The notes beneath the pieces are model-generated. The model searched no databases. It had not been told where the DNA came from and saw only the letters and a program-made list of their open reading frames with translations. A stretch of DNA of 64,000 bases from a virus (taxonomy: Duplodnaviria; Caudoviricetes). Shown here piece after piece: positions 43,962 to 52,823 of this stretch. The position numbers and the translations under genes were made by a program. The stretch is taken from positions 4,167 through 68,166 of IMG/VR virus record IMGVR_UViG_3300028381_000007. One strand, 5' to 3'. Position 1 is the first letter of the stretch. Each line of letters begins with the position of its first letter.

Positions 43962-44171
43962 TCATGGGGTGCGGGGCATGATCAGCGTCCCCGCCACGCG
44001 CCCGGGCGCGGCGGGAGCGAGGACGAGGCCGACCAACGCGGGGGTCAGATTCACACTTCCACTCGCCGGGGCGTCGATGAGGTCCTCGCTGAACCCGCCC
44101 TCGGCCACGAGCGCATCGTCGAAGAGCGCCGCCGGGCGCAGCGTCAGATCAAAGGCCCCGAGCCGGGCCAC
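43962..44171 (-). CDS. 69-aa protein with a single fibre repeat
   Basis: MARLGAFD...LTPALVGLVLAPAAP. Confidence 0.55.
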   Translation of the reverse strand: MARLGAFDLTLRPAALFDDALVAEGGFSEDLIDAPASGSVNLTPALVGLVLAPAAPGRVAGTLIMPRTP

Positions 44172-44174
44172 GGG

Positions 44175-45014
44175 TTACCCGATCTGCTCGAGCACCATCG
44201 ACGAGCCGGCCAGGACGGTCGTCTGGACCGCCCCTTCCGAGCCGTGCCAAAGGTCGAGGCTGCCCGCGACAGTCACGACCATCAGGCCTTCGATGATCGT
44301 CAGCATATCGGCGTCTGCCGTATCGACACTGACCGTAGTGCCAATTCCGGCCTGACTCTTGGCGCGCGCGGAGAACGCATTCATGATGGTTGCGGTGCCT
44401 CCCGCGGCCGCCTGGTTCGGGGCGGCGTCGGACGCGAGCGCGCTGGTCCCCGGGAACATCTCGTTGTACACGAACTTCGTGACGGTGCCCGTATAGTCCA
44501 TCGACAGTTTCACGCCGGTGCCGAGCGCCGTCGATCGGTACACCACGTAGCATCGGAAGATAAAGGTCCCGACCCCCGTCGGCGTCGACAACCCCGTGAC
44601 CCGCGTTGGCGTCGTCGTGCTGTTCGATTGGTCCGCGCCCAGCAGAATGCGCGCCGGCAAGGCGGCCGCGAGAGTGAAAAACCCGACGCCTTCGATGTAC
44701 TCCAGCGCGTCGCCGGCGAGGAGCAGGACGGAGTGCAGCTCGACAATCGTCGTGCCATCCGTATGCAGGACCGTCACGCGGACGGAGGACGTCGCATGCT
44801 TGTTGCGGATGTGCACGGTCCGGACGTTGCGCTGCTTCCCCGACGCAGGGCTGCCGACCAGGTCCGTGGTCGTGGCCGTGGTAATCGCGGTGTTCGTCCG
44901 ACCCGGGGTGACCGTCGTGCCGTCGTACTCCATCCACGAGGCGTGGACGTCGACCACGCACGCGGCGTCGGTGACGAGCCGCAGCTTGTCCGAGGTGCTG
45001 GTCAGCAGCAGCAT
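44175..45014 (-). CDS. virion structural beta protein
   Basis: MLLLTSTSDKLRLVT...DVHASW...TPGRTNTAITTATTTD; GAGGAGG SD. Confidence 0.7.
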   Translation of the reverse strand: MLLLTSTSDKLRLVTDAACVVDVHASWMEYDGTTVTPGRTNTAITTATTTDLVGSPASGKQRNVRTVHIRNKHATSSVRVTVLHTDGTTIVELHSVLLLAGDALEYIEGVGFFTLAAALPARILLGADQSNSTTTPTRVTGLSTPTGVGTFIFRCYVVYRSTALGTGVKLSMDYTGTVTKFVYNEMFPGTSALASDAAPNQAAAGGTATIMNAFSARAKSQAGIGTTVSVDTADADMLTIIEGLMVVTVAGSLDLWHGSEGAVQTTVLAGSSMVLEQIG

Positions 45015-45033
45015 ATGGCGCCTCCTCCTAGCC

Positions 45034-45774
45034 CTAGCCTACGGGCCGCTTCGGAAACCGCCGGTAGTCGGGAAACACCGGATCACGTCCGATCGACTGG
45101 AAGCCGCACACCACCATGTAGGCCTCCGCGACGGCGGGCGAGCCCGGATTGGTGAGCGTCCAGGCCAGGGCCTTGAGGCCCGGCCCTTCGGCATGCTGGT
45201 AAGCCATCGCGAACGCGAACGGCGCCGCGTGCCCCCACGCATAAACGAGATGGCTCGGCGGGTGGAGGGAGAAGTCGCCACCATAGGGGACGTCGCGCAG
45301 GTAGGGGAATCCGCTGCCGACGCCGACGAGCAGCCCGGACACGGCGAGCAGGTCGAGATAGACCTCCACGCTCTCCCCGTCCGGCTGCTCGAGGAGATAG
45401 TCGGGCGCGAACGGCATCAGGAGATCCGCCTCATTGGCCGGCGCGAACTCGGCGATGGCCAGCGCCAGATCCTCCGTGGCCCCCACGTCCAGCGTCACCG
45501 TGCACGGGCCGCCGACGGTCGCGCGCGCATAGTGGAGCGCGAGCGGCGCGACGCCCCACCCCGCCCCGGTCTCGAAGCCGCCCGTCAGCGCGACGGCCTG
45601 GGCATATGCGCTCCCGAGGCTGTCCGTGGTCTGCGCGGCAAGGAGGTCCGTCGTCGCCGCCGCGCAGCCGACGACGAGAAGGCTCCCCGGCGTGACGTCT
45701 ACAGGGAACGGCACCGCCAGGGAGCCGACGCCGGAGCCTTGACCTCCGGCGCCCTGGAGAAAGATGGCGGCCAA
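45034..45774 (-). CDS. virion-associated beta protein
   Basis: 246 aa, VTPGSLLVV motif resembling the N-domain of the 762-aa fibre protein. Confidence 0.6.
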   Translation of the reverse strand: MAAIFLQGAGGQGSGVGSLAVPFPVDVTPGSLLVVGCAAATTDLLAAQTTDSLGSAYAQAVALTGGFETGAGWGVAPLALHYARATVGGPCTVTLDVGATEDLALAIAEFAPANEADLLMPFAPDYLLEQPDGESVEVYLDLLAVSGLLVGVGSGFPYLRDVPYGGDFSLHPPSHLVYAWGHAAPFAFAMAYQHAEGPGLKALAWTLTNPGSPAVAEAYMVVCGFQSIGRDPVFPDYRRFPKRPVG

Positions 45775-45787
45775 CCGGCCCGCCGGG

Positions 45788-46255
45788 CTATGCCAGCGTG
45801 AAGACGCCCGTCGCCGCGGGCAGGATCGTCAGCGTGTTGGGGCTCGTGATCGTGAACTGCGCGCTCGACAGCGAGCAGTAGCACAGCACCTTCCCCGCGC
45901 CGGCGCCCGTCGAGTTGCGGATGAGGGCATACCGGATATTGATGAGCGACGAGCCGGAGGCCGTGAAGACCAGGCCGGCGGTCGTGAACGTGAACTTGTA
46001 CTGCTTGGCCGAGGCGCCCACGGTCCACTGCCCGGTCGCAGGAGGAATGTTCCGCCCGCCCGCGACGTACCCACCGCGCGCGGAGATTTCCGAGCCGATC
46101 GACGCAAACGTCGAGCGCGTCGACAGCACGTTGATCGCAGCACTGGCCGCGGTCGTGTGCAACGACATTTTGAACACTCCGGCGCCCAAGGTGATCGTCC
46201 CCGCGCCCAGGTACTTCTTCGCCTTCGCATAGATCTTCCAGGTCCCGACTGCCAT
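45788..46255 (-). CDS. virion structural protein (minor-tail-like)
   Basis: FKMSLHT...EISARGGYVAGG...IRYALI...VLCY; AAGGAGG SD. Confidence 0.7.
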   Translation of the reverse strand: MAVGTWKIYAKAKKYLGAGTITLGAGVFKMSLHTTAASAAINVLSTRSTFASIGSEISARGGYVAGGRNIPPATGQWTVGASAKQYKFTFTTAGLVFTASGSSLINIRYALIRNSTGAGAGKVLCYCSLSSAQFTITSPNTLTILPAATGVFTLA

Positions 46256-46259
46256 GGTG

Positions 46260-46445
46260 TTAGCCCTCCTTCGTTGTGGGACTACTCTCGTCACCCGCCT
46301 CGCGCCCATGCCACTGATGCACGTCTGCTTCCCCGCACCACACGCACCCGACGTATCCCTCGCGCGCCGTGAACGCGTGCGGCTGGCCCGTCGCCGGGAC
46401 CCGGCCGCGCGCGTAGTCGTGGCCGGGGACGCGCGCTTCGATCAT
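46260..46445 (-). CDS. small His/Cys protein
   Basis: ATGA-coupled; GHDY...HAF...CVWC...H. Confidence 0.5.
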   Translation of the reverse strand: MIEARVPGHDYARGRVPATGQPHAFTAREGYVGCVWCGEADVHQWHGREAGDESSPTTKEG

Positions 46446-47902
46446 GGCAAGGCCGTCTCCGTGTCCACCTGGAGCTGCGCCGCGTGCTCGAGCGTCCACG
46501 CGAGCAGGCCGTCGCCATGAATCTCGATCTCGATCTCCTCGCCCAGAAACTTCACGAGGTCCAGGAACTCCGTCGCCTGGCTCGCCATCCATGGATGGCA
46601 CGCGAACATGCGCCCGCCGAGGGTCACGTTCATCACGAGCGCGCCATCGTTCTCCGTCTGCGTATAGGCGTGGTGCCGTTCCTCGTCGCCGAGGCAGCTA
46701 TCACAGCCGTAGAGATGGAACTTCCGGAAGCCGAGCATCCGCAGGAGCGGAATCGCCCGCAGCAGCACCGTCGAGCCGCCCGGGATGCTCCACCACCCGC
46801 CCGGATAGGCCTCGGTCAAGATCGCCTTGATCAGCTCCGTCGACGTGTGCCAGAGCAGCGTCCGATGTTTCGGCAGGCCCGCGAGCACGGCGGGATCGCA
46901 CTGCGACGCGATCAGGTAGAGGTTCCGGTCCTCGATCGGCTGGACGAACCGCGCGTTGAACGGCCGCGCGTCCACCATGATCTGGGTCACGGGACCGAGG
47001 TCGCGGTCGAGCGCCCATTTGTACGCGCCGTTCAACGTGACCACCTTGCCGCCCGCGGCTTTCTGCGCGCGAATCTCCTCTTCGAACGCGGCGATGGAGG
47101 GCCCGCCGCCGAGGATCATCACCTCGAGGTCGTTCGTCTCGTGCGGCGTGACCTGGGCCCAGCCCTGTGCCGTGTTGTGGCGGACATTGGTCCGCACCTG
47201 GTCCTCGCCGATGTTCAGCGCGCCGGCAGCGACGAGCGCCGGGCCATCCTGCCAGGCCGTGACGTAGAAGAGCGCGGCCCCCGGGATCTCCTGCGACCAG
47301 TGGACGACACAGTCGCGCGCGGCGAACTGCGCGAGCCACCACGGATACGGGTGCACGCTCAGATGCAGCGGCTCGCCGATCAGCGCGCCACACGCATCGT
47401 CGACGGTGGAGATCGAGAAGAAGACGTGCTGCGCCGCGCGGAGGAGGTTGTTCAGCACGGCGTCGACCTTCGCCGGCGGGATATGCTCCATCACGTCCGT
47501 GCAGAAGCCGTACTCCGCCGCGACGGGCAGCGGCTGTTCCAGATCCGCCTTGACGAAGCGGAGCGCATGCGCCTGGGTCTCGAGCATCGCGCGGATCTCC
47601 TCGTCGAGGGAGTTGCGGACGAAGTCGACCATCGTCACGTTCATCTGGCCGAGCACGGCGAGCATCAGCGCGCCGCGGCCGGTGCCGCACCCGAAGTCGA
47701 TCACCGAGGCGCCGGGCTTCGGCCGCGCCTGCGCGAGGAAGACCTGAGCGAGCTGCTCGCCGGGGGCAATCTTCCGGTACTCGGGATGCTGCCAGATGCG
47801 CCCGTACTTTTGCGCCTCGGGATTGCCGGGCTGGATCGCCAGCTCGGGGGCGAACCCTTCGAAGCCGGCATCGGGGGAGGGCAGCTCGTGCTCGTTGATC
47901 AT
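46442..47902 (-). CDS. class I SAM methyltransferase fused to Maf/MptE-like (DUF115) domain
   Basis: VIDFGCGTGRG, FCTDVMEHIP; C-half VMILGGGPSI, VVTLNGAY, MVDAR, HLYGCDSC. Confidence 0.85.
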   Translation of the reverse strand: MINEHELPSPDAGFEGFAPELAIQPGNPEAQKYGRIWQHPEYRKIAPGEQLAQVFLAQARPKPGASVIDFGCGTGRGALMLAVLGQMNVTMVDFVRNSLDEEIRAMLETQAHALRFVKADLEQPLPVAAEYGFCTDVMEHIPPAKVDAVLNNLLRAAQHVFFSISTVDDACGALIGEPLHLSVHPYPWWLAQFAARDCVVHWSQEIPGAALFYVTAWQDGPALVAAGALNIGEDQVRTNVRHNTAQGWAQVTPHETNDLEVMILGGGPSIAAFEEEIRAQKAAGGKVVTLNGAYKWALDRDLGPVTQIMVDARPFNARFVQPIEDRNLYLIASQCDPAVLAGLPKHRTLLWHTSTELIKAILTEAYPGGWWSIPGGSTVLLRAIPLLRMLGFRKFHLYGCDSCLGDEERHHAYTQTENDGALVMNVTLGGRMFACHPWMASQATEFLDLVKFLGEEIEIEIHGDGLLAWTLEHAAQLQVDTETALP

Positions 47903-49392
47903 GTCGTCCTCGCGTGTCCGTTCCCCCCGAGCCCCTTGACCGCGTCGCGCAGCTCCGCCACCGCGGACACGAAGAGCCGTCGGTCCGGGTCGTAGCGCCA
48001 CCCGCCTTGTTTCCGGACCCCACTGCCCGCCCACTGGGGATCACTGAGCGCGGCCAGCTCCGCCGCGGGCCCATCGCGCTTCGCCACCTCGCCCAGGTCG
48101 CGCGTCGGCAATTTCGCCGCGGACAACAGCGCCGCTTCGAGCTCGGGCTCGGGGAACAAGACCATGCCGGCACCGGCGACCTTGGAAATGAAGTCCCCGA
48201 GCGCGGCTAAGTCCGGGATGTCCACGCTGCCGTGCGCGAGCTTCGGCAGCTTGCGCCCCTGCCAGCCGTTCAGCGCGAGCAACCGCGGGATCGCGTGGCG
48301 GTTGAAGATCTCCGCGATCCCGTCGAGGAAGCTCATGAGCGCGAGGCTGAAGAGGCGCGACTTGTTCTCCGACAGGGCAAAGCTCCCCGTGCCCTCGTGG
48401 CCCACGAGGATGAAGTCGGCCAGCACCGTCATCGCGATCCGCTGCTCGTAGCGCACGATGATGCCGCCCGTGTCGTACGCACGGCGGCTCCCCGTGGAGA
48501 GCAGCTTGAACTCCATCCAGTGGGGAATAACGGCGCCTTCCTGCTCGTCGCGCCGGACGGAGCGGATGAACGTCTCGATCCCTTGCTTCTGCGCGCGCGC
48601 CGCGGGCGTGTCCGCCCAGATATCGGGCCCCAGGGGCTTCCCCGCCTGGTCCGCGAGCATCTGCGCCACCGGGTAGCCCGCGAGGTCGCGCTCGAGGCCG
48701 ATCGCCTCGTACTCCTGCATGCGCTTCAAGAGCCACCAGCTCCGGTACGCGCCCCTGAGCAAGCTCCGGCCTTCCGGATTGTTCTTCCACGTCGTCGGCC
48801 GGAACAGCAGCGACTTGTCCATCGGGATCGTGACCATCTGGTACCGCGGCGGCGCCTGCTGGACCATCGCCTGCGTCCCGCCCTCGTCGTCGAACACCCA
48901 ATGCAACAGTGAGTCCTGCGCACGCGTCGCGATCTTCCGCCACCCGATCAGGCCATCCGTGTATCGACTCTTCTGGCTGGGATCGTTCTGCTCGCCGAGG
49001 CGCCGCTTATAGACGATCTCGCCCCAGTGCCAGCCGTACGCGAGGAAGCTGAGGATCTCGGCGATGAAGTCGGCCCACGTCGTCGACATGTCGTCGAGGC
49101 ACGTGTTGACAAAGTCCCGGGTGGCCAGGTCCTCGAGGTCCTGACTGGCCGCGTCCACGCGCCAGCCCACTTGCCGGGCGAGATGCTCGATCGCGAAGAG
49201 CATCGCGTTGATGATGGCGTCGTTCTCGCGCATCTCGCGGAACGTTTCGGCGGCTTTCCGCCCCTGCAGGACCCTGAGGAATTCCTCGTTGACGTAGCCC
49301 CCGAAGCGCTTGAGCCCCGTCGAGCCCAGCTCGACGAAGGCGCTCGCGTTGGCGGGCTCCGGCGGCGCGGTCGTGCCGTTGTTACTGGCCAT
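47899..49392 (-). CDS. portal protein (DUF935-like)
   Basis: ELGSTGLKRFGG...EMRENDA...YGWHWGEIVYK...NNPEGRSLLRGAYRSW...GSFAL. Confidence 0.92.
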   Translation of the reverse strand: MASNNGTTAPPEPANASAFVELGSTGLKRFGGYVNEEFLRVLQGRKAAETFREMRENDAIINAMLFAIEHLARQVGWRVDAASQDLEDLATRDFVNTCLDDMSTTWADFIAEILSFLAYGWHWGEIVYKRRLGEQNDPSQKSRYTDGLIGWRKIATRAQDSLLHWVFDDEGGTQAMVQQAPPRYQMVTIPMDKSLLFRPTTWKNNPEGRSLLRGAYRSWWLLKRMQEYEAIGLERDLAGYPVAQMLADQAGKPLGPDIWADTPAARAQKQGIETFIRSVRRDEQEGAVIPHWMEFKLLSTGSRRAYDTGGIIVRYEQRIAMTVLADFILVGHEGTGSFALSENKSRLFSLALMSFLDGIAEIFNRHAIPRLLALNGWQGRKLPKLAHGSVDIPDLAALGDFISKVAGAGMVLFPEPELEAALLSAAKLPTRDLGEVAKRDGPAAELAALSDPQWAGSGVRKQGGWRYDPDRRLFVSAVAELRDAVKGLGGNGHARTT

Positions 49393-49552
49393 GCGCCGAT
49401 CGCCGAGCCCCAAAATGCTCGAGAATGCCGCGCGCTGACGGGGCGACCGTGACCAGCTTCTGCGCGGGGTCGTACTTCACGCGGCCGAGCAGCTCCTCGT
49501 CCAGCCAGGCGTGCTCGCGTGCGTCGAGGTATTCGTTCGGGGTGAGGGTCAT
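49382..49552 (-). CDS. small hypothetical protein between terL and portal
   Basis: ATGA-coupled to terL stop. Confidence 0.55.
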   Translation of the reverse strand: MTLTPNEYLDAREHAWLDEELLGRVKYDPAQKLVTVAPSARGILEHFGARRSAHGQ

Positions 49553-51120
49553 ATGTCGGTGCGCCATCCCTCACCCACCCCCACGCCCACGGGCATGCCC
49601 GAGGTGTCCGGCATGCGCGCGATCTGGTCGAGATCGGAGAGCGCGTCGAGGACGTCGTCGTGGCCCTTCGCCTGGCCGAAGACGGCCAGCTCCTCGCGCA
49701 GGACCTCCGTCCCGCCGCACCCGTCGACGAGGTAGAGGCGCGGCGGGTCACTGCCGAGCCGCACACCGAGCGAGCCCTGGATCCGGGTATCTTTGGCGAT
49801 CTTGCTATTGCGGGGCAGGGCGATCGCGTTGATCCGGGGCGCCGCCTCACCCCGGGCGGCGCGGATGGTCCGCTCCTGCTCGAGCATGTAAGCGAGCCAC
49901 GACGAGAACGCCACCGATTCGAAGCCGAACGCCTGGAGCTGGTGGATCTGGTGGACGGCGAAGATCCGCGCGAGGAGATCCGCCTCGGCGAATCGGCCCG
50001 CGATGATGTCGAACACGTAGGCCGTGCCGTCCTGGGTGAAGCCCGCGACGACGATCGCGCTCCGGTCGCCCGCGCCGCCCTTCCCGCCGGCCGCGGCATC
50101 GCACGTGGCGCCCATCGTGAGTCGCAGCGCCTGAGCGTGCGCGCGCGGGACCCACTGGAACAGTTCCCAGTGCAGGCCCCCCGTGAGCGCCGCGAGCCAC
50201 GCCCCGCGCCGATAGCGCAGCTCCTCGGGCGAGTTCTCGCCGAGATCCCGCGTGAGGCCCTCGTAGTACTCGGCCGGGACGGGCGACTCCTCCTCCGGCA
50301 CGTGCACGCACAGCGTCTCGCCATGCGGCTGCGGGAGGTCCGGCCGGAACGTGCGGAACGTCCAGTGCGCCGTCGAGCCCGGGTTGCCGAGCACGATCCC
50401 GCGGACCCGCTCGAGGACCATCGCCGGCGGATGCGACAGGCGCGGAATGAGCCCGCGGTAGCTCGACTCCGGCACGCCCGGCTGGATATTCCCCGCGTCG
50501 TCGAGGCCCCCCGCCGGCTCCTCGATCACGAATCCCGTCAAGTCGAGCGACTGCAGGCGCGCGACGTCCTTGGCATCGTCGAGGCCCGCGTAGACCACCT
50601 CGGCGCGCTGGCCCTTCGGCAGCCGGACGGTGTAGGTCTTCTGCTGCTCGTTCCAGCGGCCGTATGCCGGCGGCGGAAAGAGGTCGAGCCAGCTCTTGAG
50701 CGTCGTCCCCCGGATGCTCTCGTAGGTATCGCGCACGAAGAGCCAGCGGATCGTGTCGCCCGGATATTTCGCGGCGTACTTGCGACAGTGCTCGTAGACG
50801 TACATGCAGACGCCGCGGGTCTTGCCCGTCCGCGCGGGCCCGAAGAGCGCCACGATCTTCTGCGGCGCCGCCAGCGCCCGCTCGACCGACGGCGGCATCA
50901 GGTACACCGGGCCCGGCGGCGCCGTGATCACCTGGCGATAGAGGCGGGCGATCGCCGTGTCGGGGTCGATCGCGAAGCGGGCGGCGAGATAGGCGGCGCG
51001 CGCCCGGAACAGCCCGAGCGGGACCCGCCGCTCCGCGAGCTCGGCGCGCAGCGCGGCGTCGACGTCGACCTCGTCGAGCCGCGCGAGATACGCCGGGCGC
51101 TCGGGGAGGATGGCGTTCAC
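49549..51120 (-). CDS. terminase large subunit
   Basis: Walker A GPARTGKT, Walker B-like FVIEE, GNPG, nuclease motifs TCDAA and HDDVLDAL; GTGA-coupled start. Confidence 0.92.
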   Translation of the reverse strand: MNAILPERPAYLARLDEVDVDAALRAELAERRVPLGLFRARAAYLAARFAIDPDTAIARLYRQVITAPPGPVYLMPPSVERALAAPQKIVALFGPARTGKTRGVCMYVYEHCRKYAAKYPGDTIRWLFVRDTYESIRGTTLKSWLDLFPPPAYGRWNEQQKTYTVRLPKGQRAEVVYAGLDDAKDVARLQSLDLTGFVIEEPAGGLDDAGNIQPGVPESSYRGLIPRLSHPPAMVLERVRGIVLGNPGSTAHWTFRTFRPDLPQPHGETLCVHVPEEESPVPAEYYEGLTRDLGENSPEELRYRRGAWLAALTGGLHWELFQWVPRAHAQALRLTMGATCDAAAGGKGGAGDRSAIVVAGFTQDGTAYVFDIIAGRFAEADLLARIFAVHQIHQLQAFGFESVAFSSWLAYMLEQERTIRAARGEAAPRINAIALPRNSKIAKDTRIQGSLGVRLGSDPPRLYLVDGCGGTEVLREELAVFGQAKGHDDVLDALSDLDQIARMPDTSGMPVGVGVGEGWRTDI

Positions 51121-51344
51121 CGGCGCCGCCGCGCGATGCGAACCGTCGCCAGCGCGCGCGTGAACGCCCGCTCGGCTCGCGCATAGGCCCGCGTCCGGCG
51201 CGCCGTCGCCTGCCCGGTCAGCGCATCGCTCGCCGCGTTCCACCGGAACGCCGCGATCCCGAGCGCCCGCTCGAGCCGGGCGCGGTCCCCCAGGTGCGGG
51301 GCCGTGGGCATCCCCCGCACGCGCGACGGGTCGACGGGGCTCAT
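51117..51344 (-). CDS. small basic hypothetical protein
   Basis: Coupled both ends (ATGA, GTGA). Confidence 0.55.
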   Translation of the reverse strand: MSPVDPSRVRGMPTAPHLGDRARLERALGIAAFRWNAASDALTGQATARRTRAYARAERAFTRALATVRIARRRR

Positions 51345-51553
51345 GGCGTCCCGGAATTTCCCGGTCCGGGTTCGCAATTTTCCGAGAAGATCGGTCGGGC
51401 GCCAACGTCAGTGCCCCGGGACCCCCCACCCCCCAGGATCGCCGCGGAGGCCCGGGAACGTGTTCGGATAGCCCCTCCCCCCGTCCGCGCGTCACCGTGG
51501 CCCGTCTCCGGCCCGGCTCGTGGCGATTTCGTGGCGCCCGCCGGGTCGCTCAC
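51341..51553 (-). CDS. Gly-rich 70-aa ORF
   Basis: GTGA-coupled to terS stop and ATGA-coupled to next ORF. Confidence 0.45.
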   Translation of the reverse strand: MSDPAGATKSPRAGPETGHGDARTGGGAIRTRSRASAAILGGGGSRGTDVGARPIFSENCEPGPGNSGTP

Positions 51554-51924
51554 ACGCTGTCTCCGTCCAACCCGAGCAGGTTGAAGCTCACGCTGCCGTG
51601 CACCTCGTGCTCGAGCTTGTTCGGGTACCAGTCCAGCAGCTTCGCCAGCTCGACCGCCGCCTGCCGACGCTCGCCGTAGTCCACCCGCGGCACGTCCGCG
51701 ATGATCTCGTCGGAGACGACCTGCTCGGCCGCGCCCGCCGCCGGCGTCTTCCCCACCTGCAGCGACAACCCGGGCCGCAGGAAGACCTTGACCTTCACCG
51801 CGTCCAGGCCCTCCACCAGGCGGGTCCGGACCTTGCGCGCATCCGCGTCCGTGAAGCCGGCCTGCTCGAGCATGGTGCGGCCGAGCAGCGTGAGACGCGC
51901 TTGCTGGGCCGATTCACTGGGCAT
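51550..51924 (-). CDS. probable terminase small subunit
   Basis: Upstream of terL; LVEGLDA...DYGERRQAAVELAKLL...KLEHEVHG pattern. Confidence 0.65.
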   Translation of the reverse strand: MPSESAQQARLTLLGRTMLEQAGFTDADARKVRTRLVEGLDAVKVKVFLRPGLSLQVGKTPAAGAAEQVVSDEIIADVPRVDYGERRQAAVELAKLLDWYPNKLEHEVHGSVSFNLLGLDGDSV

Positions 51925-52291
51925 GGGTCGGGTCCAGGGGCGAGAGGCCAAGGGCCGGCCGTCGGGGGGCCCCATCGCGAATATTCGACCCCCCACCCCC
52001 CTCCGACGCTGGCGAGGCGCGAAGCAGCGCGAGGTACGCCTGCCGCGTGTTGGCGCCCAACGTGTCGAGCCATGCACGCAGCAAGACCCGACTGCGCCGC
52101 GCGATCACGCCGCCCTCCGGCAGCCGTGCAGCGCCCCGAGGGGTACCCAGCCCTGACACCACGCGCAGATCCGGCCGATCATGCCGACCTGGTCACCCGT
52201 ACAACTGCCGCACACCACCGTGTAAACTATTGCCATCATTGACTCCGTTCGCCAGCGGATTCTTGTCGAGACTCCGCGAGTGCCCGTCCCC

Positions 52292-52570
52292 GTGTGCCAC
52301 GCGCCACCCTGTGTGCCACGCGCCGAGTCCCTCGCTTGGGAGCATTCTCGACACGGACATCGCCCAGAGCTGACCCGGACATCGCCCGGATATGAGCCTG
52401 TGTTTCCGCATGCTTGCGTCGCTCGCCTACCTGGCAACGCGACCTGAGCGGGAGACAGGCGAGTAGAGCACATGGCGCGAGTGTTTCACGGTTTGCGGGC
52501 CTGTTTCGGGGGGTTCCGGGCCATGTAGCGGGCCACGTGATACATCTCCGGGCCATGTAGCGGGCCACGT
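52292..52570. repeat. three pairs of direct repeats upstream of terS
   Basis: GTGTGCCACGCGCC (52292, 52311); CGGACATCGCCC (52354, 52376); TCCGGGCCATGTAGCGGGCCACGT (52515, 52547). Confidence 0.85.
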
Positions 52571-52580
52571 AACTGGGACG

Positions 52581-52823
52581 CTACCCGCCCCGGGTGAGGC
52601 GCCGCAGCACATCGACCGTGGTCGGGGGCAGGAGCAAGATGCGTCGACGCCACGCCTTGCCCCGAACCGGCTGTCGGCCATCACGACGGACGGGCAGGTT
52701 GTGCAGGTAGATCAAGTTGCGGATGGTCTTCGGGGCACGCCGACACGCCAACGCCGCTTCCTGGACCGTCCAGCACAGCTGGGCGTCCCCGAGGATCTTG
52801 GACGAGGAGCCCGATGACGTCAC
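52581..52823 (-). CDS. HTH DNA-binding protein (Xis/late-regulator-like)
   Basis: WTVQEAALACRRAPKTIRNLI; GTGA-coupled to rep stop. Confidence 0.65.
   Translation of the reverse strand: MTSSGSSSKILGDAQLCWTVQEAALACRRAPKTIRNLIYLHNLPVRRDGRQPVRGKAWRRRILLLPPTTVDVLRRLTRGG

Noticed and set aside
43950-44171. Stop-codon readthrough or pseudogene joining the 69-aa ORF to the 762-aa fibre gene
   Set aside because: Cannot be excluded, but the downstream gene has its own ATG and a distinct N-terminal domain, and genome-wide ATGA/GTGA couplings show TGA is a normal stop.
52292-52570. CRISPR array
   Set aside because: Three different repeats with two copies each, gaps of only 5-10 bp, no cas genes.
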